The notes below the pieces were generated by a model. The model saw only the letters and a program-made list of their open reading frames with translations. It ran no database searches and was not told the DNA's origin. A DNA stretch of 64,000 bases, from NCBI RefSeq assembly GCF_004010195.1, contig NC_057713.1, positions 92,531,147-92,595,146 of the forward strand, given 5' to 3'. Shown here one piece after another: positions 12,125-24,780 of the stretch. The DNA is from Chiloscyllium plagiosum. Taxonomy: Eukaryota. Numbering within the stretch: the stretch's first letter is position 1; each line of letters begins with the position of its first letter. The translations under genes were made by a program, and so were the position numbers.

Positions 12125-13800
12125 CATAGGGGAGTGGTAGCAGCCAGAGCCAGGTGCATGGCACCATGGTAGTTTGCCTGTACAGTAGGGTACATGGAGA
12201 GACTGGAAGAATAACAACAACAAGAGGTTCAATAGTTTTGGGAACAGATGGGCACTTTGATGGCCACAGACATGAATCCAGAATGGTGTATTGCTTTCCT
12301 GGTGCCACTGTCAAGGATGTCCCTGCTAAGCATCCAGAATTGGAAGGATGAACAACCAGCAGTCAAGGTCCACACAAGTACAAACAACATATGCTGAAAA
12401 AGGCATGTGGCCCTGCAATCACAGTTTATGGACATAGATGAGAAATGAGCAAGGAACTCCTCCAGATTAGGACCTCAAGATTACTTCTGGTACTATACAG
12501 AGTTGACTATAGATAAAGCAGATGAATATGAGTCTGGAAAGATGGTGCAGGAGGGAGGGTTCTGAATACTTTGGACATTGGGAACAGCTCTGGAGAAAAA
12601 GGAACTGACAAAGGCGGAACAGTTTGCACTGAAGCAGAGTAAGGATTGAGGTCTTTGTGTAGTGGTTTGCTAAGGTTATTGAGGTAAATTTAAATTAACA
12701 TGGCATGAGTGTGTGATCCATTAGATTATACCAGAGAGGAAAACTAAGGTGCACAAAATACTTTGGGAGATAGATACCACTAGAACCTGAAATTTTAAAG
12801 TTAATAGATGGGGTCAGAGGAAGGGTGAAAGCAACAAAGTCTAAATCAGCATTACTGTGTACTTATGTGAATACATGGATGTAGGAAATTAGATCAGTTA
12901 ATTATAGGCACAGTTATCAGGTAGAAATTCAATGTTGTGGTTATAGCAGAGATCTGGCTCAAAGAAGGATGGGATGTTGTGAAATATTCCTGGATACAAG
13001 GTGCTCAGGTGGTAAAGGAAAGGAGGAAAAGAGGGAAAGATGGCAGTATTAAGTATGGGCAGCACAGTGGTGCTGGAGGAAGAGAGATGTCAAAGAAAAA
13101 TCAAAGACAGAATCGATTTGGCTTCAATTAATGAACATAAAAGATGCAGTTACATGGCTCAATGTTGTCTATAGGTCAGAAACTAGTGGAAATGATGAAG
13201 GGGTACAAATGCACAAAGAAATTAGAGGGGTACAAAAATTCAATGGAAGATAATGGGGAACTTTAATTCTCCGAATATAGACTGGGATAGTAGCAGTAGT
13301 GTAAAGGGTAGTGAAGGACAAAGGCTCCTAGTGCGTGTTCAGGGAAATTTTCGTTAGCACTATGTTTTCAGTCCAATGAGAAAGGCGGCATTGCTAGGCC
13401 TGGAATAGGGTGGACCAAGAAGATCAAGTCTCAGTGGGAGAATATTTGGGGGACAGTGATCATTATATCATAAGATTTAAGCTAACCATGGAAAAAGACA
13501 AAAAGCAGTCTTCCACAGAGCTGAAGATGGTGCCAGAAGACTGGAAAATTGCACACATTACACTCTTGTTCAAAAAAAAAGTGAAATGTTAAGCCTAGCA
13601 ACTGCAGAAGACCCATTTTAACTTTGGTTATATGTAAAGTTCTACAAAGAATAATTTGGCACAAAATTAATATTCACATGAACAAATGGAGTGTGATTTA
13701 AAAGAAAACAGTGGATTTCTTCAGAGTAAATCATACTTAACTAACTTGCTGGAGTTCCTGAAGAAGTAGCAGAGAGGAATGGTAAGGATAATACTGTTTA
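12125..13800 (+). pseudogene. Degenerate CR1 LINE 5' region: ORF1 esterase (SGNH-like), endonuclease and RT N-terminal remnants
   Basis: SRMVYCFPGATVKDV and VHTSTNN (ORF1), VVIAEIWLKEG, IMGNFNSPNIDW and YLGDSDH (endonuclease), VPEDWKIAHITLLFKK (RT N-terminus); many disruptions. Confidence 0.8.
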
Positions 13801-14559
13801 TCAGCTGCCATGACTAAAATTAGACTTTGGAGTCCTGGTGCCTGGAACTTGAATGTGGAAATTAGACATAAAAGCATTGTCCCTTCTCAGTGCACTTTTC
13901 TATGATAGCCAGGGCACTCCTTTGTAGAGCTGAGGTACCCAGTGGATATGGTCCCTTGGCATGAAATGTCACGAACCCTTTCAGTGGGTGGCTTCTCTCT
14001 GGGACCATTAACTGTAGAGCAAACTGTGCATTAAAGGTGCATGATTGCTTTGGAACTGTTCAACTAGTCAAGATGTGTCCATTACAGTTAATTTGACCAG
14101 AAATTTCAAAAAGTGTTTTTATGAATGACAATTCTTTTCTTAGTCCAGTGTTGTTTGTAATAAAGAGCTTTATGCAATAGAACTACATTTTTTTCACCTA
14201 GCTATATAGGTACTTGTGAATACTCTATAATTTGGCATGCTAGTTGAAGGGGCATATGATAATGAGGAAGTAGGCACTAAATTGGCATGACAATGTGAGG
14301 GGCAATTGGCATGGTGTAACATAGGTGATATGATGGGCTACAAAGGATGAGCAGAGAGAATTAGGTTGCATGGCATGGGCTGAGAAGAAGTGAGGGGGTT
14401 GTGAGGGGTGAGGACTGGAGGAGAGTTTCATAATTCTTCCCTTTAGGAGAGACAAGGTATTCCTTTGGATTTGGACCCATGACACTTTTGGTGTAGATAA
14501 GGCACATTTTGTGAGTATACGGTACATTAACTTGTTGACACTGCCAAAGTTTTAAAAAA

Positions 14560-14885
14560 ATTCTTTCATGAAATTGGGCATCACTGGCAAGTCCAGCATT
14601 TGTTTCTGGGAGGCCATTGCAAAATGAAGTGAAGAGTCACCCACACTACAGTGGGTCTGGACTTACATGTCAGATGGCTGATTTCCTTCCCTGAATGAAC
14701 CAGTTGATTTTTTACAACAATCACCATTACTAAAGCGAAATGCAGTAGCTTTCAATTCCAGTTTATTGATTTAATTGAAATTTCACCAGCTATAGTGATG
14801 GATTTTGAACACACATCCCCAGAGTATTAACCTGGCCCTCTGGATTACCATTCTAGTGACATATCACTGTGCCACCTTCTCCCCC
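14560..14885 (-). mobile_element. tRNA-derived SINE of the family at 54123-54447
   Basis: gtgggtctggacttacatgtcag...atttccttccctgaa...ggattttgaacaca...ctctggatta; homologous to the 54.1 kb and 34.8 kb copies. Confidence 0.6.
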
Positions 14886-16596
14886 TACTGTCAAATAACT
14901 GTTCAAGAATACGTAGAACTTTAAAGAAAGAAAATGTTATGCATTCCAGAGTACCTGTCGACATAAAATCATTATGGGGTTTGTACTACATGATTGACTT
15001 CCTAAACTGCCATTTTACGATGCAATACCTATCAAGTGAGCATTTTGATTGGCAGCTTCAATTGTGCGTTGATCAGACATTTTTGTTTATGCAAGGAATT
15101 AGTTAAAGTAATTTCAATGTTTTGAAGTTATCTTGTCACCAAAGGGAGAGTTTTTTTCCAAAAATCTGCACATCTCCTGAGCTTTGCCAATGGTGGCTGC
15201 TTGGAAATGAGATGATGAGGGTGGTGGGTAGGGAGGTGCGTGTTGGAATGAGGTAATAAGGGGTCATGAAGATGGCTGGACACATAGAATGACGCAGGGG
15301 TAATGGTGGGACCATGGGGATAGGTTTAGAGTTGACTGGATGAGGACTAGGGAGTGAATGGAGTGGGGGTGGTGGTGGGGAGAAAGACGGATGCTTATTT
15401 TTACACTTTGACCACAATGCTACAGCTTCAAATCAGGCTTTCCTCCCAGGCTGTGTGGGGACCTGCAGCCTCTAAGGTTCTTCTCAGATCGCCCAGCCCA
15501 ACTCCAAATCCAGCTTAGCCACTCTACCCCCTGACTAAATCGCATAGGTGGCTATTTTTAAGGGTCAGTTCTGTGAAGCTGGGATTTCTCCCACCTCTAC
15601 ACACCTGACCAAGGAACAAAGACTGGGGCCAGTATCGTACAACAGGCTTGAGAGTTGCTTTCCCTGTTAATTTTCCTGACATTGTTGGGACTTTACAAGG
15701 TCTGTAGACTGAATAGCTTCCCCCTGTGCTGTAACAATGCTGCAATGATTCTGCACCATGATGGCCAAGGAAGGCACATTCATCAGCTTGTAAACATTTC
15801 TTACAAAAAGCAATGATAGACAGTAAGATTTGGGGAGATTCCAGGCAGCCATGCGATAAGAGTAAAGTTGGAGCATCCCCAAACACTGACCATAGTTCCA
15901 GAATACACCATGCACGTACAAGTACTTGTTGCCACAGCAACTTGGTCTTCCTGAATGAAATGCAATACAGGAATGATTTCAGTCACCAAAATCACAAGAT
16001 CTCCAACACAGATTTAGGAACAGAAGCACCACACACTAAGAGAGAGATTTGAACCCTCTCTGGTGGGAACCAGGCAATAATGGGGTTACATTAGGTATCA
16101 GTGCTGTCATTATTTTTCCCACAAGGCATCTTCTGAGCAGCCACAGTATCCCAGGATCCTGTTCAACTTTTATTGGTGCAACATGAACTGCTGATGCTAC
16201 ACTCAGTAAGAATTGGCAGTGAGACAGAAGAAACTCAAAAAGGCAGGTGTCAAAATAACTGTGGACCTGGTGGAAATAAGGCTCTTTTACAACAGTAATA
16301 TGGAGCACTGGTGAATCTCTACTTTCTTACCAACTTCCCTCAAAATTGTATCCCTGCCCCAGGATCCCTACCTCCATGCTGACCAGTGTTATACCAGTGC
16401 CAATGAGTTACAGTGGTGCACTTCTGCAGTTTCCATACCTGCTTGATGGCATGATAGTGAGACACTACCTCAAAGTGATTCAAACTTTCCACTAGTACAA
16501 TCAGTAACCAACCAACACACACTGTTCAATAGTTAAAATCTACCTTCATTTCCGAATCCTTTAACAGTTTACCAAGAAGGCTTGCTTTTAATGATG

Positions 16597-16822
16597 CTGG
16601 AAATGTGTTGCTGGAAAAGTGCAGCAGGTCAGGCAGCATCCAAGGAACAGGAGAATCGACGTTTCGGGCATAAGCCCTTCTTCAGGCTTATGCCCTTCCT
16701 GAAGAAGGGCTTATGCCCGAAACATCGATTCTCCTGTTCCCTGGATGCTGCTTGACCTGCTGCGCTTTTCCAGCAACACATTTCCAGCTCTGATCTCCAG
16801 CATCTGCAGACCTTACTTTCTC
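16597..16822. mobile_element. Fold-back Penelope-like fragment with hammerhead motifs in both arms
   Basis: Inverted arms about 16597-16686 and 16698-16787, tail to 16822. 16-bp direct repeat cttgcttttaatgatg at 16581-16596 and 16823-16838. Same family as 7988-8209. Confidence 0.85.
16653..16686 (-). ncRNA. Minimal hammerhead ribozyme motif
   Basis: Minus strand c CUGAAGA a GGGC uuau GCCC GAAA CGUC gauuc. The plus-strand arm has GAAACAUC instead. Confidence 0.6.
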
Positions 16823-17094
16823 CTTGCTTTTAATGATGTCATATAGAATTAGACATTAGTAGATCGGCATTAATTCCAACCTAGTTACAACCAAACAAGA
16901 ATATGAACACAAAAATTACAGATGGTTATTAATCAGAACTTGATGAATGGGATACTGATGGTTCCAAAATCAAACAATTAATATTAAACTGGTGTGAGAA
17001 GTCTATTAATTCTTAAATTGGGGATTAAGATAACCATTTTAGTACAGAATCTCAGATAATGCAGCAGGACTGAAATTCAGAAGTTCCCAGCTGT

Positions 17095-17548
17095 AACTCA
17101 GTTACTAGCATACCTATCTACGAATCACAAGCTTCTGAGTCAAGACCCAATCCAGGGCTTCAGCACAAAAATCAGTGTTGACATTGACATGTAGAACTGA
17201 GGGAGTGCTGCATTGTTGGAGGTGCTGTGTTTCAATGCAACATTAAAGCGAGGCACCATTTGACTTTTTGGGTGGATGTAAACCATTCCATGGAAATTTC
17301 TTTTGAATATGATTTGGGGAATTATCACTGATATTCTGATCAATATTTATTTCTTCATTAACATCAACAATAAAACACAATTATCTGGCTATTATCACCA
17401 GTCTGTTTGCTGTAGATTTTCATGCGCAGGTTGCCTGCTGAATGTCCTACAATACAATGCTAACCACACATTAAAAAGTACTTGATTGGCCATGAAGCGC
17501 TTTGAAACATCCATGTTGTGAAAGGCTGAATGTTAATGCAAGACTTTT
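17095..17548 (+). mobile_element. Deu-domain SINE, near full length
   Basis: tRNA-like head, agaactgagggagtgctgcattgttggaggtgctg, cattaaagcgaggcaccat...ggtggatgtaaaccattccatgg, 3' end aatgcaagact. Confidence 0.7.
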
Positions 17549-17689
17549 ATTCATTTTACATGCTGGAGAATGAAGCATCCTAACAATGACAGCAAAAAGG
17601 ACATTAAGATGTGACAGATTCTCAGAGGCTAAAGTCACAACTTTTTTTTCTTTTCCTCCGAGCTTTCACTGCCAATTCACACATGAATT

Positions 17690-18090
17690 TTAAATATGTC
17701 TAGAGATTTCATTGAAACTTCTATGAAGAGCTGAGGTTTAGGACATGCTGTCATAGTGGTCAGAAGAAGCACAACAAGGATGCTCTGAAGGCTTCACTTA
17801 GGAGTTTTGATATTGACATTGAGTGCTGGGACAGCTTGGAGAACCCTGAGCTCACCCAGGGTCACTGCAGTTGGCGTAATCAAATAAAAAATGATGCAAC
17901 CTTCTTTGAAAGCAAATGTGTATCAAAGGCAAGGAGGAATCACAAGGAGAGGAACTCTTCTGAGACAGAAGCTCATACAAAACTCAATCACTTGCATTAT
18001 CCTGTCTGATTTGTAGCAAAACCTTCCAGGCCTGGATCAGCCTCAGCAATCACCTATGATTTATCCAGGTGGTGAGTGTGGTTATCTTCA
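17690..18090 (+). mobile_element. Degenerate RTE-clade LINE 3' end
   Basis: SGQKKHNKDALKASLRSFDIDIECWDSL resembles the RTE C-terminal GGQKKRYKDTLK motif; ends in catctcgaaggatgaa. Confidence 0.6.
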
Positions 18091-18515
18091 TCTCGAAGGA
18101 TGAACAAGAAAGGATCACTTACCGTGTCACAGTTCCAATGTAACTAGTTGACCATTGGTCTGTGGACAGCAGCTCATTTGAAAATATAAAGGCAAAAACA
18201 CCAAAGCTTTCATCTTAAATCTTTGGTCCCTACAGGAATGGAGTGTTTTTGAGTTAAACAGAGTAATTGATTTTCCACTTGCATTGACCTCCTGCTGGTT
18301 GCTATTTCATGTTCTGAGTTTCAGGAAGAATCTGAGGTCCTTGCCTCAAGCAGATGAAGGCCAGATGAACATCAAATGCCTGAGTAGAATGATAGCATTT
18401 GGACCTCAATGTGATTTCAACATGTGGAGAAAGCTGGTGAGAGCAAGCAAGTTAAGGACATGAACAGACTCATATTATTGCTCTCCTGACAAAAAGGAAT
18501 TTGATTATCCAATAT

Positions 18516-18789
18516 TAGATTAGATTACTTACAGTATGCCCAATAAGTCCACACTGCCCCTCCAAAGAGCAACCCACCCAGAACCATTCCCCTACATTTA
18601 CCCCTTCACCTAATACTACGGGCAATTTAGCATGGCCAATTCACCTAACCTGCACATCTTTTGATTGTGGGAGGAAACCCACGCAGATACGTGGAGAATG
18701 TGCAAACTCCACACAGACAGTTGCCTGAGGCGGGAATTGAATCTGGGTCTCTGGTGCTGGGAGGCAGCAGTGCTAACCACTGTGCCACC
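18516..18789 (-). mobile_element. HE1-type V-SINE (tRNA-derived)
   Basis: A/B boxes (ggtggcacagtggttagc, gattcaattcc), V-domain gagtttgcacattctcc...ggtttcctcc, (tctaa)n tail, 7-bp TSD ccaatat at 18509-18515 and 18790-18796. Confidence 0.85.
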
Positions 18790-18929
18790 CCAATATCTTT
18801 TCTGTAAGCAAGCAACTTTTTGAAAAGTTATCTAAAGGATGTTCTTTATAAACATAACTATTGTCTGCATGAGAACAGAAACAGGGTATGGGAAATGGTG
18901 TCACTATTTTCTACGTCAGGATTTTGTGG

Positions 18930-19290
18930 TCAGAAGCAAAAGCAGAAATTGATGGAAAGATTCAGCTGGGGTGGCAGTATCTACTGAGAAAGAAACAAAA
19001 TTACATATTTTATGTCAATGAGCTTTCATCAGAAGGGGAAGAAGTTAGACGTGTGAGAGATTTTAAGAAAGTGCAGAGGTGTGGGAAAGGAGGAGGAGCA
19101 AAGACAAAAGGGAAGGTCTGGCTGTGTTAGGGTGAAAGGCATAAATCGCAAAAGGGATGATGATGTCAGGGTGAATGAGATATTTCTGCAATAGGTATAG
19201 TAGCAAAGGATGGGCCGAGAGGTGTGAATGAGAAATGCAGAATCCCCACCAGTAAGTGCCATTTGTTTGGTCTGTGTGTTTTGTGTACTT
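18930..19290 (-). mobile_element. Old, diverged Penelope-like pLTR with decayed hammerhead
   Basis: Minus strand ttCTGATGAaagctcattgacataaaatatgtaa...gatactgccaccccagctgaatctttccatcaatttctgc resembles the pLTR layout of the younger copies. Confidence 0.45.
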
Positions 19291-20899
19291 TGAATGGCAA
19301 TTGCTGGAAATGCTAGAGCACTATATTTGCCTGGGGAAATGATACATTCCCTAGGAGGGGAGGGAGCAAGAGTCAATAATTCTCCCTTAATAACCCTGCT
19401 CAGACTATGGCAGGTACAACTGACATACAGCAATGATCTCTCAACTTCAGTCACATTCAAGGTCAACTCTCCATTAATACACGTTAGGTTTCAGCATTTA
19501 TTCTTTTATTGCCTGCATAGCAACTTGTAAAAGTGAGAACATCTCTGAGCCACTTTTGATTGTTAGCACCGACACAGTGACAAGCACGTCAGGCTTGGTG
19601 CGGGCATCTATAGTTGATAAATGCTGACCAGGTATGCCCTGGGGAACTTCACTCCAATAGCAGCTGTATGCAAAATTATAAACAAATCAAATATTCAATG
19701 AACATCATTTTCCTAAACTTCTATTTTATGAAACTGCTTGTGCACTCTAGAATTTTTGGCTGTCCAAGAGAGATGCTAAGAAGCTCAATATTTCTCAGTT
19801 GATGTGTCAGCTCACAAGTGCACCCTTAACATTCCATGGTCAGAATAGTTGCTTCCTAGCCCACCTGAATACAATAGAATGAACCACAACATGATCTCTT
19901 TGAAAATCCTGTGTCAAGGTTTAATCACTTCGCAGACCAGATTAAATAAAAACAGACCCACATTTAAGATTATTTTGCACCTAAAGATGAAAATGCTATA
20001 ACTCACACTTTTATTTTTGAAATCACAATTAACCAGTAGTTCAACATTCTCTTCTGAAATGCACTGGCTAATTAGACCTCCAATTAGTCATCACTCATAA
20101 TTTACAACTAAAATGTTAACAGCTCAGCAGGTTTTATCCCAGCATGTAAAGTTTCTTTCAGTTATTTCAAACGCAAAAGGCTGGAAGCTGGGCAGAATTC
20201 CAGATTAGTAAAAGTTTCCATGAGGAAAGCCTTTTGTTTTCCTAAGGGGAAGGAAACTTCAGTTGGCTAGACTGGTGGGGAGACTGATCTCTGTATGCAG
20301 TGGCATACCTGCACATTACCTATTATACATCTCACATCTGGACGACTGAGTAAAGTTTACTATACCAAAAATAAAGTCAGGATTTTTGGAAGTCAAAAAC
20401 TGCAGTGTCAGCATAAATATTACACATTCTCAAATATAATCATTTGCTTCACTTTTACTTATTTTAAGACTATTTTTTAACGTAGAAGATGGAATTGATT
20501 CGGTATAAATTGAACAGGAGGGATCCAAGTGCAATTAAATAATGTTGATATAGAGAAGTGAACTGCAGCAAATGCATTTATCCAGGCATTCAAAATTAAT
20601 TTACTTGTTTGAAATACATAATCAAATGTCCTAGTAATATATACTGTACATTTTGGCAATACCAATAGATAAAGTTGGTATTTCAAGTTATCAATGCACG
20701 GACTACAAAATACCAGAATGCTGGTGCATGTCATTCCGTTGAACTTAAGTTTAGGGGAGCATTAAATATATTATTTCAAGCTGGCGATCACCTAATTTCC
20801 ATATGGAAGATGACACATTTAAATCACAGAGCTGTGCCTTTATCCTGTTTGCTTTGGTTGGCAAAGCATCAAGCACTCTTCGGATTTTTGGATTGCTTT

Positions 20900-21320
20900 T
20901 TTTATTCATTTGTGGGACTTTTATGCACTGGTTGGCTAACATTTATTGCCAGAGCCTTGAGACAGTGGTGGTGAGCTGCCTTCTTGAATCGCTGCAGTCC
21001 ATGAGCCGTAGGTAGACCCATAATGCCGTTAGGGAGGGAATTCCAAGATTCTGACCCAGCAATAGTGAAGGAATGGCAATAAATTTCCAACTCAAGATTA
21101 GAGTGGTGCTGGAAAAGCACAGCAAGTCAGGCAGCATCCGAGGAACAGGAAAATCGATGTTTCAGGCAAAAGCCCTTCATCAGGAATGAGGAAGGTGGTA
21201 GGAAAGTCAGGATGGTGACTGGCTTGGACGGGAACTTGCAGGTGGTGGTGTTCCCATTTATCTGCTGCCCTTGTTCTTCAAGTTGGAAGTGGTCATGGGT
21301 TTGGAAGGTGCGATCTGAGG
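20900..21320 (-). mobile_element. LINE 3' end (family at 55120-55845), interrupted by a Penelope pLTR arm
   Basis: ORF text AGSESWNSLPNGIMGLPTAHGLQRFKKAAHHHCLK, ending ggcaataaatgttagccaaccag. Confidence 0.7.
21096..21187 (-). mobile_element. Single-arm Penelope pLTR fragment with degenerate hammerhead
   Basis: Minus strand attcCTGATGAaGGGCttttGCCTGAAAcatcgattttcc...; homologous to the arms at 36.4 kb and 44.2 kb. Confidence 0.75.
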
Positions 21321-21729
21321 ATCTTTGGTCAATTTAGGAATTCAGACACTAAAGCATTGCAAAACTGTGAAACTTGTTCAGCAAAGAATTTATTTAAAGT
21401 TTGATAACAGACTTTGGGATTGCATAAAACTGCTAAATAATGGACACACACTTCTGAGATTGTACTTCCTACAAGTGTAAATTGCTTCCTGTAACCCTTT
21501 CCATATTGAATATTTTTACTGTCACACTTTGTGTTTCAAATTTCTTACATGTTTAAAACCTTAATTATATACGAGATGATCTTCTGTTATATTGCGTTTG
21601 ACATGTGGAATATTCAGGTGAAGCGGGGTTAGAAAGATAGAAATGATCACACAAGAGTGGTCAGTCATAATTCAGCCTCTTCTTAGTCAATTATGAATGT
21701 TGTGCTTACATTATAAATGCTCATGCTCA

Positions 21730-22525
21730 GATTTATAGTGGTTATGTGCTACCAGAGAAGCAAGATTGCGCTAGAACTGTATAAACCATTGTGACAGTAT
21801 TCTGGACCCATATTATGGTGGGAAGTGATTGGACTAGAGATGGTACAGAAGACATTTATGACAAAGTTGACAGGGAAGGAGAATTTTAGCTAATGAAGAA
21901 AGGTTAGATAGACAGGAGTTTTTGTTTCAAAACAGAGGCTGATGGGAAATCATCTTGTAGGATGAATTGCAAGAACCAAAAGGTTTTGAATTAAAATAAT
22001 TGTCAGAAGGATTACAGGAAAGTTTAAATTAGATTAGATTCCCCACAATGTGCAAACAGGTCCTTCGGTCCAACAAGTCTACACCGCCCCTCCTTAGAGT
22101 AACCCACCCAGACCCATTTACCTCTGACTAATGCACCTTACACTATGGGTAATTAAGCATGGCCAATTCACCTGACCTGCACATCTTTTGGACTATGGGG
22201 GGAAACCCATGCAGACATGGGGCGAATGTGCAAACTCCACAGTCACTCGAGGCTAGAATCGAACCTGGGTCCCTGGCGCTGTGAGGCAGCAGTGCGAACC
22301 AATGAAAGTTGCGGAGATTTTTCTATCTAGACTGTGATGGGGTCTCGATCTTAATGCGTTAAATGCTGGTAAATGCATTTAAAACTACCGGAGATGTGTT
22401 GGAGGTGCTCCAACCTATGGCGCAAGAGCTGAAAAATGGCATTTGACTGGATATTTCTTCCACAGTCACTACAGTTACGATGCATCCAATGGCATCCTTC
22501 TGTGTTATAACGTTTTGATATTTCT
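21730..22525 (+). mobile_element. Degenerate CR1 LINE 3' region interrupted by an HE1 SINE
   Basis: ctagaactgtataaaccattg, ggactagagatggtacagaagacatttatg, gaagaaaggttagatagac CR1 RT C-terminal motifs. Confidence 0.6.
22029..22303 (-). mobile_element. HE1-type V-SINE
   Basis: Same head, V-domain and (tctaa)n tail as 43631-43935. Confidence 0.85.
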
Positions 22526-22714
22526 ATGAAAATACTCCCTCACTAACCACCCGTCCAACCCCTCCAATTGTGACATTTGAGTACTTTCAACTTCTGTTTG
22601 AATTTGTAACCACAATTCAGTACATTTGGACGGATAATTTCCATTCTAAATGTAGACACAGGAATTGTGTACACAGACATTGGAATTTTAATTTATTGTG
22701 CACAGATTATAGAT

Positions 22715-22960
22715 ATTTTCCAATGAACCTGTTCAGAAATATTCTTACAAACCACTGGAGCAAGTGGGACTTGAGCCCAGGCCTCCTGGCTCAGATGTAG
22801 GGACAATCCCATTACACCATGAGAGCCCATGAGTAAACAGATTTTAGATATTTTCCTCATCACCTTGTTCCAGTGTGTTTGACACACCTCTAAGACAGGT
22901 GGGACTTGAACATGGGCCTCCTGGCTCAGAGATAGGAACATTATCACCCTAGCATGAGCT
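22715..22960 (-). mobile_element. Head-to-tail tandem pair of short tRNA-derived SINEs
   Basis: Two units of about 115-120 nt (22715-22826 and 22845-22960), each with gtgggacttga...gcctcctggctcaga..taggga/taggaa. Confidence 0.65.
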
Positions 22961-23216
22961 TCCACTACATAGATTATACTTAATCTTCACTGATTTCTTT
23001 TAGAAGTACCATGACAGTAAGCGTTGCTGTTATCGCCACAGCCATTTGTTTATGATAATAAATGCAAAGCCAATGTGCCAAATAATATAAGAAATTCTTC
23101 AGTTGCGAGTGGGAGCATTTATACGAGGTCTGCATCATAAATGGTTCAGGCCACTCTGAAGACTTTTCTCTGTCTGGGAGAATGTCAAAAATTGTTTTCT
23201 GCTAACCCCATCTACA

Positions 23217-23385
23217 TGATTTGATTTATTGTAGCCATGTATACCTAAGTACAGTGAAAAGCTTTATTTGCAAGCAGTACAGGCAGATCATAGTAAGCAA
23301 GGACATACAGACAATGGGGTGGTTAGACAGAGTGAGGCGTACGAGTTACGCTGCACTGGAGGTGTATGTAGCAAGATCAACATTA
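23217..23385 (-). mobile_element. Rex1/Babar-like LINE 3' tail fragment
   Basis: gatttgatttattg...tacctaagtacagtgaaaagc is the reverse complement of the tails at about 5070-5115 and 39780-39842. Confidence 0.55.
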
Positions 23386-24554
23386 TTTACCTGCACTTCC
23401 TCAATCCTCTCAAATCTATCTTTTCATTGAAGTAGATTTTCATACTTTTTACAACTTTGTTCTACATCCCCCAACTAACACTCCCAAATTGCCACATTCA
23501 CTGCCTACTGGTTTCAGACGGCAGATGTACCTTTCCAGAGTCTGATGTCCTCACAGAACATTTCCGAAACACCTCACAAGATATTTTTATCCTATGTCTC
23601 ATTGAAAAATTATCTTCTCAGCACTGTCTTTTACTTTATCACACCTGGTGTTCCCAAACAAGCTTCCCACCATTCTCAGACACAGGGATTCCCCTCCCTA
23701 TACCTCAATACTCTGCCATTCCCTTTACATATTTCAAACATCACATTGCATTGGCCCCAATAACATAATACTCACTACAGAATGTGAAATGGATCCTGCT
23801 GGTTGCTGAAAACACAGGAAAGAGCTTCAGAAATTGAATTGGGTTACTAAAGTGTAGCAGATTTCCCATGATCTAAAACATATCTCAGTGCCTGTCTCTG
23901 GCTCAAGTGATTAAATCTACATTTAAACTTATGTCTGCAAAAGAAGCTCCATCAAACAATGCTGGTGTCCAAGAGAGGATGCTGCAGGTAGGAGAGACAG
24001 GGCATGAGGTTTATTCATTTGGTTCTTAGTGAAGATATGTTGATTGTATTGTACATTGATTGCTGCTGAGAAACTTCAGGAAACTCTTGTATTTCTCTTG
24101 CTGGGTATTAAAAAGAATTTGAAAGCCATCCTTGTTCAGTGCGGCATCGGGCCAGCTCTGGCACATAGGAGCCATTGGGGTTGGGCAGACAAGATTATTG
24201 CCCTAATAGGAAATAACTGCCTTTATCTTTTTAGGCCGAAATTTGCCATCTCGCAGCTTGCATGCTTGTGTCAGCTGCAGATTGACGGAATCACATTTCT
24301 CACACTTTGGGAGCTACATTATCCAAAGTACAGGTAATCCGAAGCCACTGATATTTCCCTTATTCCACATGTACTTATTAATCTGGCTGCTCCAAATTGC
24401 TGCTTTTGTTATTGCAAGCAATAGGCCAGTGATGACAAATGCACCATACTCCATGGCTGACTGCAGAGCCCTAAAACAAAAGATTATTTTCATTTGCAGT
24501 TTATAAAATAGGCAATTATATTCCATAACTCTATAGTTAAAGTGGTAAAAGAAC

Positions 24555-24780
24555 AACTGGCACTTATTTAGTGCCTTTCAAAACCTCAGAGAATCTAAAT
24601 GCATTTTACAGCAATGAAGATGTAGTCACTGTTTGATACAGGTAATGCAGTAACCAATTTGCACATAGCAAGCTTCCAAAATCAGTAATATAATGAGAGA
24701 TAAGCTTTTCTACAGTGTTGGTTGAAGGATAAATGTTGGTCAAGGCACCAGGGAGAATTCCTCTGCTCTTCTTCAACATA
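24555..24780 (-). mobile_element. Deu-domain SINE fragment
   Basis: caactggcacttatttagtgcctttca...ccaatttgcacatagcaagcttcc...gggagaattcctctgctcttcttcaa. Confidence 0.6.
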
